From Phaeosaccion multiseriatum (lineage: Eukaryota > Protista > Ochrophyta, other classes), in NCBI GenBank assembly GCA_965112735.1, contig OZ218952.1, positions 558,001 to 622,000 of the forward strand: a stretch of 64,000 nucleotides of DNA, given 5' to 3'. The notes beneath the pieces are model-generated. The model was not told the origin of the DNA. It searched no databases and saw only the letters and a list, made by a program, of their open reading frames with translations. Of the stretch, positions 13,142 to 27,353 are shown one piece after another (within the stretch, counting starts at the first letter, position 1; each line of letters starts with the position of its first letter). A program made the position numbers and the translations under genes.

Positions 13142-14424
13142 ATGCGCGCCCGTCGTGACCTGTTCTGCAAGTTCAGAGCACTATTGGCCAAGAGCGAGAG
13201 CAAGGAGAGCGGTCCCCTGTTGCATGAGCTGCGCGAGTGGATCAGAGTGCTGGCTGGGGGTCGACCGAAGTGGTGCGTGGTTTATTCCGTGGTAATACGC
13301 TACAGTGTGGTAACGCAGCTTATTTGGTGGTTGTCGGTTGGTTTGGTGGTTGGTAATACAGCACCAGCTGTGGTTGCATATTGTAGTTTCAGTTCCAGTT
13401 GAATAGACCTTTTCCCCAAAATGTAGATCCCAACACCAATACCGCGAGGGTGAGGGTGAGGGTGAGAGTGGTGTATACAATAAACATATGACCCTTGGAA
13501 TCGGGATCTCATGGCTGACTGTGAGTGACTGCAACGCGCTCCTCCCCCCCCCCCCTCCTCCCTCCTCTCCCCCACACCCCCTCTACCCCCCTACGGCAGG
13601 GTCAGAGAGCTCTTCGAGGAGTTCCTAAGTCACGTAAATGGCCACTGTACCGCTGTCAATGGAGCCAAACCAGCCGATGTCTCCTCCTCCTCTGGCGGCA
13701 GCGGCGGCAGCGTTCCGTCACCTCTCCAGCAGCGGCGGCGCCCAGGCAGAGAAGCTTGGGTGCGAGGAACAGACCCGTCGTCTTGTGCTGCTACTACTAC
13801 TCCTGTATCACCAACTGCTACTCCAAGTGCATCGGGCGGGACGCGGGTGCCTCCCAAGCTTCCGCGTGTGGCGTGGCTCGTCTCTGAGGCCAGGAAGGTT
13901 GCCGAGAGGGGGGCGAAAGAGCTGCTAGGTCGGCTCGAAGACAAAGCGGGCAGGGCCAACGGCAGCAGCAGCAGCAGGAGCATCTCTGGCGTTGGACGGA
14001 ACTTGGGGTAAGAAGGATTTCGAATGTTTGGATTCGGTCTGGTTGGTTGGTTGGTTGGTTGGGTGTTTGGCTGGTTGGTTGGTTGGTTTGGTTGGCAACA
14101 ATGACGAAAGATGTGAAAGTTGAACACACACCCAACGCCCCTCCTTCTCACGCTTGATTGGCTCCGCGTCCGCCCCCCCCCCTCTCTCTCTCTCCTCCCC
14201 TTCTTCTTAACCTCTGCCTCAGGCGAAGGGCGACTGTCCCAACCAAGCCCCAGGTTTTTACCGTCTTCTCTGCGACGGAGGAGCGGCAGCACAGCGCCCC
14301 TCGCGCACGCCGCTGTGGTCGGTGCGGTCGCCGTCGAAGTCGAAATAGTCGAGAAAGCAATCGTGAAAGTGCAGCAGATGTGGCGGATGAAGCGACGTCG
14401 GAAGGCGGCTCGGTCTCTGTCGGA

Positions 14425-14464
<40 letters not shown>

Positions 14465-15422
14465 CCGGGAGGCGGAGAGCATCCGGGGCGTCTAGTGCCG
14501 ATCCTGAGGGTGAGCTCGTCGAGCCCTCTCCTGCTGTTCTGGTGGGGAGACTAGGGCTTTCATTCCACCACGCAGCGTCGCCACTCTCGACGACCAAGGC
14601 CCTGCTCTCCTCCTCCTCCTCCTCCTCCTCCTCCTCCTCCTCCTCCTCCTCCTCCTCCTCCTCCTCCTCCGCCTCCTCCTCCTCCTCCTCCTCTTCTTCT
14701 TCTTCAACTTCTTGTTCTTCTGTAGCTCCGACACTCGCGGCCACTGACCAGCAGTCAATGGAGGAGGAGGAGGAGGAGGAGGAGGAGGAGGAGGTGGCGG
14801 TGGCGGTGGAAAGCTCAGAGAGTGCTGCTGTTAGCGGTGGTAGTGAGGACCAGCCCCAGCCCCAGCCTGAGTACAACGCTTGGCAGGAGCCTGCCTCTGA
14901 GGGGCTGATGGAAGAAGAGAGCAGCCTGGAGGACCCAGGAGAGAGCACTGGGAACGGTGTAGAGGCAATGGAGGGTATGGGAGAGGAGGAGGAGGAGGAG
15001 GAGGAGGAGGAGGAGGAGGAGGAGGAGGAGGAGGAGGAGGAGGAGGAGGCGGGTTCCGAAGCTGAGATGACTGGGGAGGAGCTTGTGCGTCACTCTCTAC
15101 AGGACTCATCCGGAAGACTTCGCGTGCTGGTGCTGGAAAGTACTCGCCCTAGGCCCACGCCCATGACCGGCTCCGCTGCGGCGGCTTTCTCGTCTTCGAG
15201 CATGCCACCACCACCACCACCACCACCACCACCTCCTCCTCCAGTGACGTACTGCTCTGGCGGCAGCGGCAGCGGCAGCAGCACTACCAGCAGCAGCAGC
15301 ACGAGGAGGGGCGAGTGGCGAAGCATGGGACTCGGTGCCAGGGTGGTCCACGACCCTATCCAGTTCCGCCACTGGCGTGGGCCGCGTGGTAGGAGACGAA
15401 CAGAGCGGTTGCGAGAGGAGGA

Positions 15423-15463
<41 letters not shown>

Positions 15464-17653
15464 GAGGGGAGGCAAAGAGAAGGGCAAGGACGAGGAGGGA
15501 GAGCACAAGCACTCTGCGAGCGAGCGACGTGTACTGCGCCACGCGATTCCGAGTCGCCACGCAGGGGGTGTTGATGCCCGTGCCCGTGCTCGGGCTGTGT
15601 GCAGGTGGAAATGCCTCGTCCTTAGGCAGCGGGCATAGGAATGGACCGAAGCGGACGACGCCGAAACCGTTGCGAGACGCCACAGCGGCGCCAGGCCATG
15701 GGAATGGACCTTGGGCGGAGTGGGACGAGGCGGACGATGTTTTCGATGTCTACGCTGGTAGCAGCGGCAGCAACAACTGGCGACTGTATCTGAAGCACTA
15801 CGTGATGCTTGAGCGGGACGCCCTCTTCAGGGGCCCTGAGCAAGGCAAGGAAGGGGGCGGGAAGACCAAGCGGGCCGCCGCTAGCGCTGTATCGGTTGCG
15901 TCTGCTACTGCAGCTCCTCCTCCTGCTGCTGCTTCTAGTGCTGCTGCTGCTGCTGCTGCTGGTGCTGCTGCTGGTGCTGCTGCTGGTGCTGCTGCTGGTG
16001 CTGCTGCTGGTGCTGCTGGTACTTGTACTTCTTCCGTATCACCAACTGCTGCTGCGATAGAGAAGCGTGCGGTAGCTGGGTCCGGAGGAGGAGGAGGGGT
16101 GGGGGGGGCTCATCCCGACGATGCCATTTCCGTAGCGCAGGCCTTGGTAGGGCGCTTCACTGCTACTCAGCCCCCCCGGGCTGCCCCCCCCGGGGCTGCC
16201 CCCTGGGGACGGGGAGACTCCGGATACTACGAACCGCGGCCAAAGGCAAAAGTCAAAGTAAAGTTCGACGGAGAGGCGGTGTGCGTGGTGGGGGTGCTGT
16301 TGAGTATGGACGTGAGCGACGATGAAAAGGTTTGGCGGGAGGACAGCACAGTGGCGGCAGGAGGGACAGGGGCAGGAGCAGGGAGGGGGGGGGGGGGGCG
16401 ACGAACGGGGGTGGCTGGGTCGTCGGAATGGAAAGGCAAGGGGAAGGCAGCAACATACTCATCGTCAACAGGAGCAGCAGCAGCAGCAGGAGGAGGAGGA
16501 GGAGGAGGGGCGAGGGCAGGACCAGGGGCACCGGCACCAACTCCACTCCCCTCTCTTAGTGCGGCCCTTGTCGGCAAGCAACTGTGTTTAGAGCTCGAAG
16601 ATGAAGCCTCTCCCGACCGCATCAGAGTGTTCCTTCCCTGGAGTGCGGCCCAGAGCTTCCCTTGTGGACTCGTCGCAGGGGGGAGGGCTGTTGTTAAGAT
16701 TACACAGCTTCATAGACACGTGTCTCTGTCTGGGGGCAATCGAAAGCACCTCTACCTCAGCGGAGCCACGCAGGGGGGAGGAGGAGGAGGGGGGCACGGT
16801 CTCAACAAGTACGTGGGGGAAGAGAAGGGGAGGAGGGGCAGTGAGTCTAGTTAGTTGGAGGCGTATGAGTACGTTGGAGGCGTATGAGTACGAAGGGGTC
16901 CCAGTGAGTCTTAATTTGTTTCGAGGCGTATGGGTGAGCGGGGGTCCCGGGGGGGAGAGGAGGGCTTACATGTTTCGATGTTTGTTCCATGAATATGCCT
17001 CGCATTGCTGTTTGGTGCTTGTCTGTCTCTCTTGTCCTTCTGTCTGTCTGTCTGTCTGTCTGTCTGTGTGTGTGTGCCTTCGTCTTGACCTGCACCAGCC
17101 CTACTCTCATCCCATCTCCCCTCCCCTCCCCTCCCCATCCCTCCCCTTTCTCCTCTCCTATCCTCCCCACTCCTCCCCACTCCCCTCCCCCCCCCCTCCT
17201 CTCCTCTCCTCCTCACTCCCCTCCTCTATTCTCCTCTCCACAGGTGGGCAGGCAAGGTTTCTGTTCTGGGGTTTTTGGGGGCGCCCACCCCGGGAGGAGA
17301 GGTGGTGTGGAGCAGTGCGAAGACCCAAGCGTTCAGCAGCGCCGACTGGTGCACCTGCGGAGGAGGAGGAGGAGGAGGAGGAGGAGGAGGAGGAGGAGGA
17401 GGAGGAGGAGGAGGAGGAGGAGGGGCGCCTCATCAGGAGGGGGAGGACGACGATGAAGGGGTTATGACGACTCGACTGGACGGATCCAAGGTGAGAACTT
17501 CGCCACTTTCGCGACAAGACCCCCGTCCCCCCCTGCCTGCTGCCCTGCCCCCGCCTTACCCTGCTGAGCCCCCCCCTCTCCTTCTCTGATCTAAACCTCC
17601 TCCTTTCACTCCGTGATTGTCACGCTTGAGCTACGTGTGTATGCGTGTGTGTT

Positions 17654-17699
<46 letters not shown>

Positions 17700-19435
17700 G
17701 CATGTGTGTGCGTGTGCCCAACCCCCAGTGGTCAAGCCAGGCCGCACCCTCTGGTCCACACTCTTTCGAGCTTCGCAGACAGACTGACTGACTGATGCTG
17801 CGACTCGACCTTTCTTTTGCATGCAATCAGGTTTGTGTTCTTTCGCGTCCTCCCGGCCGCGAGCAGCGACAGGAGCTGAAGGCCAGCAACAACAGCACCA
17901 GTAGCAGCCGCCGCAGCAGCAGCAGCAGCAGCACGTCGAGCGGCCCTGCCGCGTGCTCGAACAGGAAGAGGGAGTACCCATCAGAGCAGCAGCAGCAACA
18001 GCAGCAGTGGGTGATACAGCAGCATCACAGGGGGCAGAAGAGAGGGAGAGTCGGCAGCGGCAGCGGCAGCGGCACTGCATGGACCAGGGGCGACAAGAAC
18101 GGCACACCCTGCAGTCTGCTGTCTCTCTATGAGGTCGGGGGTCGACTGGACAGGTCCCTGCGCTACCTACCTTCCGCCCTGCTGCACTCGCTGCCCTTTG
18201 TACGCGTCTATCCCTTTTGCCGCCGCTGCGCACACCGAGTGAAGGACCCGGCGGATCTCCGAGCGGGCATGTGCCGTATGGAGGGCTGCAGGGCGGTGGA
18301 TGGCAGCTGGGTGGCAAGGTGGGAGGCGGCGGCGGAGCTCTCTGACGGGGTGGCGTGTGCGAGGCTGCTGCTCGACGATGAGGATGTGGTGCGGGCCCTC
18401 AGGCTCACTGGGCCGCAGCGAGGTGTGTGTGTGTGTGGGAGGGGGAGGGGGAGGGGAGGGGAGGGGAGGGGAGGGGGAGAGAGGGGAGAGGGAGAGGATG
18501 AGAGTGAGTGCGTGTGTGGGTTGATACTTGGCACCTTTTGTTGACTTACGTCGTGTCTTCCTTCATTCCTCCCTCCCCGCCTCCTCTTTTATTCTGTGGC
18601 TGCTCGCTCTGTGTCCCTTGTGCTCGTATCTACGTAAGCGTTTGTAGAGGGCGTCGCGAAACGGCACGGGTGCATCGACTACGGCCACCGAATCGCAACA
18701 TCCAAGGGGCAGCGCGACGGCGGCACGGGAACTGGGGCTAGGGCCACCCGGGGGAGGAAAGACTCCCCCTCTTCAGGCAAGCTTGCCTCTGCTCCGTTGG
18801 ACACGGCCACTATTCGACCCTGGCGCTCGGGCGGCGTGCAGCAGCAGCAGGGGGAGGGGGGGGGGGAAGGCGAGTACGAGCGACCGGCGTGGACGCGGCC
18901 GGGGCCGGCTTGGCTTGAGTTCCATTCCGATGGAGAGGATGATGGTGCTGCTGCTGCTTCTTCTTGTTCTACCGCCGGTACAACAAGGGCAAAGCGCCGA
19001 CGAAAAGGAGGAGGAGCAGGAGGAGCAGCAGCAGCAGGAGGAGGAGGGCACGAAGATGAGCTTGCTCGGGCGCGAGACACGTTGCAGGCAGCCGCCACGG
19101 ATGGAGCAGTGCGGCGCCACGTGGCGGTGAATGTCGAGGAGGTGGAGAAAAAAGTCGAGGACAATGTCGACGGGTACCAGCACGTGAGTGTGCAGCTAGG
19201 GAAGCAGCAGCACTTCACCTTTCGGACTGCGAGGGCGGAGCTTCGCGCCAGGGGCCTGTCGGAAGTGGAGGAGAGCGCCGTGGCGTACGGGTTGTTGGAG
19301 AGCGACCGGGCCATTCAGCTGCTCCTGCGAGAGGCAGCAGAGCAGCAGCCAGGCGCAGCAGAAGAGGGAAGGATAGGGGGACATATGAGTCGCATGGAGG
19401 ATACAGGAGGGGTGGAGGACCTCGTAGTTTCGTAA
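10147..19435 (+). CDS. CTC1: CTC1-like CST telomere-maintenance subunit, multi-exon with long low-complexity inserts (internal exon boundaries partly uncertain)
   Basis: OB-fold-like motifs recalling CTC1: LKWHPFIKVGRCY; MVHYRGTITG..GVVELDG..LFL; IRVFLP..FPCGLVAGGRAVVKITQLHRHVS..KHLYL; C-terminal CRRC..C....C..WEAAAELSDGVACARLLLD. Donors and acceptors seen at 10757, 13140, 13600, 16810, 17243, 18422, 18648. Confidence 0.65.
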
Positions 19436-20630
19436 GAGAGCCCACTCACCTCCAAGACACATAAAAGGATAAAAGGCGATTAGCTAGTGCAGTGCCACTA
19501 ATGTTACGAAAGATTCTGAGGGTCTTGTTGCACTCCCCTTACCCATCCCTACCTGGGACGCGTAACCAAAACTGCTCAACTCGGTGATAGAGGCACTTTA
19601 GGGGGGGGGGGGGGGTTGGGCTGCGAGACACCCTTACGTAAGACCCGCATGGCCCTTTTACGTAAGGAACAGGAGTTTCAGTTCTTTTACCCCTTCTGTA
19701 TACAGTTGTAGACCTCTTTCAGGAGGCAAGGATGCCGATATTTGACTTGTCTCCACGAGGGCAACACGATGCGCATGTTCAAACTCGCTAAAACAGTAGT
19801 TTGGGGTGGAGTTCGAGTGACGCATCCCTCACACATATCCTCCTATCATAACCTCGCGTGCCCCGCCTCGTCGGCTCGCGTGCCTCACAACCCCTCTCTT
19901 GCTTCCAAGCTCCCCGGCAACTCCGCAACAAGTCCGCCGTCGCAAAGTTGGCACGCTCCGCACCCCCCCGTTTTCCTCTATGCTTCCATATGCTTCCACT
20001 TCGGGTTTTCTAGCCGACAGAATCCCGTTTTGTCCATTGCTGGGGCCCCTAAACGGTTGGGAAGGTGAGAGGGGGCCCCGAGCATGGCGAAAACGGACAT
20101 GAGGAAATTTTAAATTCATGTTTTATTTTGTCCTGTGAGGTCCAACCCCCCTTTTTTTTTCGCACGAACCGCGAAGCCTAGACCTGAGGTAAGCTTCAGT
20201 ATTCAAGGGTGGTGCGGTGCCGCGCGGGGGAGGGTACACTCGTAGAGAGGAGACTCGGCGTCTAGAAAGAAGGACACGGATTTTGAAGGAGGCCACAAAG
20301 AGAGCCAAGGTTTTTCCCAAACTGACATGATCTTACTTGGCTTCCACCTCCGTTGTACGTGATTGGTGTAACTGCTGTCGCAGATTGGATTGCGCACGAC
20401 CCCTGTGGAGCAACCTGAGAAATAGATCGGGACGAACGCGACGAGACGGGCTCAGGGCGGAGCAAGAGGGAGCTGTGGGTTTGATGAGGCGGTGCGTCAG
20501 ATGAGAGCGCTCCCTGCGGGCGCACGCTTTGGCAATCGTGGAGCTGAAAAGACGTGTTAGGGAGGCGCAGGAAGGGGTTCAGGAGTGGTTGGGTGATTCT
20601 GGCTGGGGAGGAGGAGGCGGGAGGGCGCGG

Positions 20631-23600
20631 ATGGTGTTGGAGGGGTGCTGTTGGGGGCGTTCGCGCCTGGACGGCGCGGACGGGACCCCTGTGGCACGGG
20701 ATGCGAATGCTGCGGAAGTCAGCGCTGCTGTAGATGCGGCGGCAAGCTCCGGCTTCCTCGACCAGGATTTCAATTACCGGGAGCGAAAGAGGTGGGAGTA
20801 CAAGTCAGGGGACAGCAGTGGTATATCCTGCAGTGAAGACGGCTTGGGGGAGGAGGAGGAGGAAGAAGAAGAAGATGAAGAAGAAGAACAAGAAGAACAG
20901 GAGCCGAGGGGCGGGCAGGTGCGGACGGACGCGTTGTCGGAGGACGAGAACCTCCTGTCCGAGGAGGACAGCTTTGGATGGCGGACGGGAAGCGGGCGGA
21001 TCCACTCGCCCAACAACAGTAAGGACGACACATCCCGCTGCAGCAATAACTGCTGCGGCAGCGGCGCCAGTGGAAACAACTGTCGGTTCGGCGGGGGGTG
21101 GGATGAGGGGGCGTGCAGGGTCACTGGTGCACAGAAAATAAGAAGTAATAACAACAGCAGCGGCAGCAAGGGTAGCAACAACCACAGCAGCGCTGACTGG
21201 AGAAGCGGGGAGGCCGTGCTGAGGCTGTTTCCGCAATTCCAGCGGAGGAGACAGAGGGAGAAGGTGCAGAGGCAGGCCTCGCCGGAGCCGGAGCAACATC
21301 TCGAGGAGGAGTTGGGGCTGGAGAGGCGGGCCCCGGGACCGGGGTCCAGACCGAATAACCACCTTGCCAGTGTGCACATACATGACGGTGACCACGACCA
21401 GGACCTGTTGAGTGTGGCCACCGCACCAGAGCCGAGCAGACAACCGGGGGAGGGCTTGCCTCTACTCCACTACGATAGCGACAGCAGCAGCAGCAGCAGC
21501 AGCAGCATCAGCAGCAGCAGCAGCAGCAGCAGCAGGAGCGTCATCCGCGAGCAACATGTGGAAGACCCCGACCTTGCGCAGGACACACACTCGTTACCCG
21601 CGTTCCAACTATCCCAGGCAGGGGGACTTGGTTCCGGACGGGGACGCCCCACGACGAGGAGAAGCCCTGGCCTGCTGCATCGGCGGAGACGACGAGCAGC
21701 GAATGTGCCTACCTTGGAGATTACTCCCATGGCTGGAGACAGCTTCTACCCGCTCACCCCGGCCTACATTGGCGGCAGTGTCTCCTCGCCCTTCGGGACG
21801 ATCTCCAACCGGAGTCGAAGTAATACACCGATGGACATGATGATGATGACGGCAATGACAGCAGACCACCACCATGCAGCGCTAGCAGCAGCAGCAGCGG
21901 CGGCACGGCGAAGGCATCATCGGGAGGGAGAAGAAGAGGACGAGGACGACGACGACGAGGAGGAGAAGGGGGACGTATATAAGGACATGGAGGAGGCAGG
22001 CTCATTCGAGGAGGATTCCGGATGTGAATACACACATCAGTGCGGTATGCATGACGTCCGTGGTCTCCTGCTCATAGACAGCGACGAGGAGGGGGATGAG
22101 GATGATGATGATGAGGAGGATGACGCGCTGAAAAGCATAGGGAGCGGGGCAAGCAGTAGCACCGCCATGAGCAGCATGAGAGAAGAGCGGCGGAGGAGGG
22201 GCGACACCAACCCTTCCATTCCTCTCGTAGCTGGTCACAGTACCACCAGCACCACCACCGGCGCCACCGCCGCCACCGCCGCCACCACCACCGGTGACTT
22301 GCACGGCGGCAGGAGGCAGCAACGAGTGTCTCCCAAGTGGACGGCGAGAAGGAGCTCGATGACGGGAGCCAACAGCAGCAAGAACTCTCCCTTTGCATCT
22401 CCGTCTGCTGCTTCTGCTTTCCGACGGAAGAGCGACGGAGCTCGGGATCTATTCCGGCGGTATCTCACGCCCGAGCTGGACGGCGAACGCCACTGGCTCA
22501 AGCTGGCCCGGGCGGGCAAGGGCAGCAGCTGCCACGTGTATAAGGTGCTCTGCTTGTCGAACCTGCAGCTGGTGAGTGTGTCTGCGTAGTTTGCGTGCGT
22601 ATGTGTCTGTGTGTGTGCGGGATAGCCGGAGAGCTGAAACTCAAACTGGACACGCAAGGAGTTGGAGTAAGAATGTGTAGTATTTCGTCTCGTCGAGTTG
22701 TGTGTGTTAAGTGTTGCCATTTCGTTCACTATTTCGCCTGTACTGCCTTTCCTGCCGCCAAATTTCCGTCCTCCATGCGCATTTGAGTTAAAGTTTGCCC
22801 TAACTCCTACGATACTTCGCAGCTATTGCTGTCTGCCAAGTGTTACTTACACATCGTGCCGTATCAACTGGACGTTACCGCTCTCCTGTTTGTTTGTGTG
22901 TGCTGCAAAACACTTACAAAATATGTGTGTGTGTGGCGTGCGTGTATTTTATTCCACTCACAGATGGCTCTGAAGGAAGTGGACGCTTGGTCCAGCAAGG
23001 GCCGGTCGCAGGTCTCTCGCGAGCTTCACACTCTTACAAACCTTGAGGCAGTGGGCTGCCCTTACATCGTACGCTACTTTGGCGCCAAGGAGAGGACGGA
23101 GGGAGGCAAGACAGCGGCTGTGGACATCGCCATGGAGTTCGTGGCGGGTGGCTCACTGCAGGTGAAAGGGGTTGGGTTGAGGCATTCCTTCCTTCACGCA
23201 TTCACATTTTATTTTAATGTTGAGAAGGGAGTGGGTGAGGCGGAGACGTGCCTTCGTACTAGTACATGCCATGCAATTGTATTTACATTGCGGGAGGGTG
23301 TAGGCGAGGGGGAGGGAGAGAGAGAGAGAGAGAGGAGAGTGGATGCTGCGGGGGCGCCCTTCGAGACTTCGGACTTGTTTGTGGGTGTGGCATGTGCGTG
23401 AGTTTTTGTTCTCTAGAAGCACAACGTGAATTTTCTCATTTTCTCTACTCCTCCTTCCTTCGTCCTTCCCTCCCTTAATTCATTCCTTCCTTCCTTCCTT
23501 CCTTCCTTCCTTCCTTCCCTTCCCTTCCTACCCCTGCAGAACTGGGTTAGTAACGGCGGCGCCATCTCGGAGCACTGGCTAGCGAACATGGCGCATCAAT

Positions 23601-26600
23601 CGCTCACCGCCCTCTCCGCATTGCATGGGCTCGGGCTCATCCACCGCGACCTCAAGCCCGACAATATCCTCCTCACCCCCGAAGGAGACGTCAAGCTCGC
23701 AGACTTTGGCATGGCCATTCCTGAACGGGAGGCTAAGAGAAGCCCCTTCGCCGGAACAAGACGGTACATGAGCCCCGAGACGCTAAAGACCGTCGTGGCC
23801 TCCGCCAAAGCTGACGTATGGGCCCTTGGCCTCGTGCTGGCGGCCGCTGCGCTCGGCGGCTGTCCCGTGCCGAGCATGAGGGATGAGTTTGGCCAAGCAA
23901 CGGTCAACGAAGGTGTCTGGGGCGCCATTCTCTCCAAGCCCGCTTCGTTGGGCATGAGTTCCAAACTCAAGGACTTGCTGCAAGACATGCTGAGGCACGA
24001 CGCGGTGAAACGCCCCACCGCCGCGGAGCTGCTGGACCACCCGTTCCTGCAGAGGCGGTGGGACTGGGCTGGCGCGGTTGGTGATTCAGAAACCGCCCGG
24101 GCGGACGTGCAGACAGAGAGGACGACATGGGGTATACCGGACACGACGAGAGGTGGCCTGGCGGGAGGCGGGGACGGGGGTGGAGGGGGTAGATACAGCG
24201 ACACAGGCACACTAGTGAGCGAGCTGAGCGGGCACGGGATGCACCACGCATCGCTTCATCAGCCGCATACGGTGTGTTCGTATCTCAGCCTACCCGCGAG
24301 TCACAGCCAGCACGGACTCGTCTCGCGTGGCCGCAGCGGTAGCGGACACCACAGCTACAGCCAAAGCGAGTTCACCGCGCTCCTTCCTGGCGTGGCGGGC
24401 GGGCTCCTCTCTCCCAGATCCGGAGGAGGAGGAGCAGGAGCAGGAGGAGGAGGAGGAGGAGGAGGGGGGGGTACTACTACTGCCAGCGCGGTCTTCTCGA
24501 GAGGGGAGGCCTCACTGCTCATGTCGGAGTCTGGGAGGGGCGGAGGTGGCGGAGGCGGCTCGGTGGCCTCAATGGACATGTCATCTGTAGCCTTCAGCCG
24601 CGGAGGAGGGGCAGCAGGAGGAGGGGGAGGAGGAGCAGGGGGGGGCGCAGCAGGAGCAGCGGCGGAAGCAGCGAGCATGAAGGTGGTCGAAAAGGTGGTG
24701 AGCGGAAGGGCCAAACTGGGTTTGACGGAGGGCCTGGAGCAATCTCAGGCGGTGGCGGCGCTGGCTGCTGACCTCGGCCTCACGGAGGCGTCCCTTCGTA
24801 CTCTGTACGGTAAGTTCCCTGCTTTCTTTTGCTTTTTTTCTCGTCTTGCCAGGGAATGATTCCCATCAGGTTTGTGCTTATATTAACCTCTCTCCCTCCG
24901 TCTCTCTGCTCTCTCTCTCTCTCTCTCTGCACCACTCCGCTCTGATCACAGATGGTCTCATGGACGACCACCTACGCAAGCACAACTTCGCCATCGCCCT
25001 GAAGGAGGAGAGCGAGGCGGCGGAGCGGGAATCGATTCTATTGCAGGAGCAACAACAACAGCAGCAGCAGGAGGAGGAGGAGGAGGACGAGCACCAGCAG
25101 CACTGCGCGCAGGCCGACGGAGGGCGCGAGAGTGGTGCCTTCTCCACCTTCTCCATGAACAGCAAGAGGAAGAAAAAGAACATGACGAGAAAGACCAAGG
25201 CACGGGGCAAAGCTGCAGCGGTGGCAGCAGCAGCGGCGGCAGCAGCACGCAGGGGCGTGGGTCTGGGCAAGTTGCAGACCTTTGCCAAGCGTGCGGCAGC
25301 AAAGGATCGCAGGGAGGCGGAGAACCTCAAACGGGTGGCCAAGATCATGAGGCGAGATGTGCAGCAGGTGAGTGAGTCACTTCAGTCTTGTCTATCAGTC
25401 AGTCAGTATTGTCTGTCTGTCAGTCAGTCAGTCTCTCAGTGAGTCAGTTCAGTCGGTCAGGCAGTCGAGTCAGTCAGTCAGTTGGGCAGTCAGTCGGGTC
25501 AGATAGGCTGTCAGGCAGTCAGTCAGTCTGTCAATCTGTCAGTCAGTCGGTCAGTTGGGCTGTCAGGCAGGCAGTGAGTCAGGTTGTCAGTCAGTCAGTT
25601 TGACGGGCAGTCTGTCGGTCAGTCAGTCAGTCAGTCAGTTGACTGACTCTACTGTTGTTGTGATACCCCTTCGCCCCTCCGCTTGCTGCTACTGCTGCTG
25701 CTGCCGTTACTCCTCCGCTCCTCCACCTCTCTCCTCTACTCCCAACAGACCGACCGCTGGACTCTCTCCGGCCCGAGGGACAAAGGGTCTTTCCTGGGGC
25801 GCGACGTCGTGGTGTGGCTGACCGACATGGGCCTTGCTGCAGACCGAGCTGAAGCCCTCGAGATCGGCCAGCAGATGCTCGATATGGGGCTCTTCGTCAA
25901 CGCCGAGAGCAGCGGGGACTTTGTTGGGTTTGAGGCCCGGGGACCCATGCGCTATCAGTGGCCCGAGGACAAAGCGGCGGTAGTAGCACCGCTCGGGGCG
26001 TCCGCGTCGGCGGGGGCGGCGTCGACGACGGCCCCGCCGGGAGCCACGGTCACGTCTGCTGCTTTTGCTTCTTCGTACGCTTCTTCGGTAGCTGCGGCTG
26101 CTGCTGCCACTGCTACTGCAAATTCTGCGGCTGCTGCTTCTTCCAGCGGGACGGGGGCCGCGGTGCCGAGCAGCAGGAGGTGGAGGATTGGGGGAAGCAG
26201 CAGGAAGAGCAAGGGGAAGGGAAAGGGGCTCTTTGCAGGTCGGTGCGTCGCCAGCGGAAGCGTCGTCGTCGGGAGCGGCGGCGGCGGCAGTGGGCTCAGT
26301 CGGCCTACTGACACTGACCAGAGCGTCAACATGCAGAACAATCCGATGGGCGCGGCTTCGGAGTCGGAGCCGGAGCCTGATCCGGAGGCGGAGGCGGAAG
26401 AGGAGGCGGGGTGGGAGATGGATGACGACGAAGATGACCTTTCACGAAGCACCCACGTCACCTCCGGGACCATGGGGACGCATGCAGTAAGCACCGTCAC
26501 CACTAATCTCAGCGCGAGCTGTCCTGCTGGGCACGGCGCCCACCACCACAGAAGGGGGAGCAGCACTAGCACCATTGGCACAGGCGGCGGCAGCAGCAGC

Positions 26601-27353
26601 GTGAGCCGCTTTGCTTCGTCCACCACTTCCACCTACTTTGGGTTGGGTGCGAACAATCTCCCCGCAATTGCCGCGGCCATGCAGCAACGTGTCCCTCTAC
26701 AAACCCGGTGGTACCGAATGAAGCGTTTCAAGCATACCTTCCTGGGGTCCCAGGCGGTGCAATGGCTGGTGAAGGAGGGTTGTTCGGAGAGCGTGGGTGA
26801 GGCAGTCAAGCTTGGGAACGACTTACTTAGGGCTGGGTTACTGTGTCACATTACGTCTTCGTACGAGTTCCGGAACAATTCTCTCGTGTATATTTTTGCC
26901 GGTGCGAGCAGCCAGGGAGGGGGAGGAGGAGGAGGAGGAGCAAGAGGCGGGACGAGGTCTCGAGCCTCGATAGAGCAGGGGCCTGGGGCGTCTGGAGGAG
27001 CAGGAGGAGGAGGAGGAGGGGGAGGAGGAGCCCCCGTCCTCACCACCCGAAGTGGGAGTTGGGGGGTGGGGTTGAGTTGGACGAAGAATGGTGGTGGTGG
27101 TGGTGGTGGAGGAGGAGGAGGAGGAGGAGGAGGAGGAGCAGGAGCAGGAGCAGGAACAGGAGGGGGAGGAGCAGGAGGGGGAGGAGCAGGAGGGGGAGGA
27201 GCAGGAGGAGTAGGAGGGGGAGCAGGAGGAGCAGGAGGGGGAGGAGCAGGAGCAGGAGGAGGAGGAGGAGGAGGAGGAGAGGGAAGTGGCCGGCCAAGTC
27301 AGCAGCAGCGGCAGGAGGAGGAGCAGCAAGCGGCAGGATATGGCGTTGAATAG
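20631..27353 (+). CDS. STE-group (MAP2K-like) Ser/Thr kinase with long disordered N-terminus and two C-terminal DEP domains
   Basis: Exons 20631-22571, 22964-23161, 23540-24809, 24952-25367, 25749-27353. Kinase motifs GKGSSCHVYK, MALKEV, MEFVAGGSL, IHRDLKPDNILL, DFG, FAGTRRYMSPE, DVWALG. DEP1: SFLGRDVVVWL..RAEALEIGQQMLDMGLF. DEP2: RWYRMKRFKHTFLGSQAVQWL..EAVKLGNDLLRAGLLCHI..F..LVYIF. Confidence 0.88.

Noticed and set aside
19632-19667. Paired TTACGTAA palindromes in the intergenic region
   Set aside because: Too short to distinguish from chance, with no supporting context.
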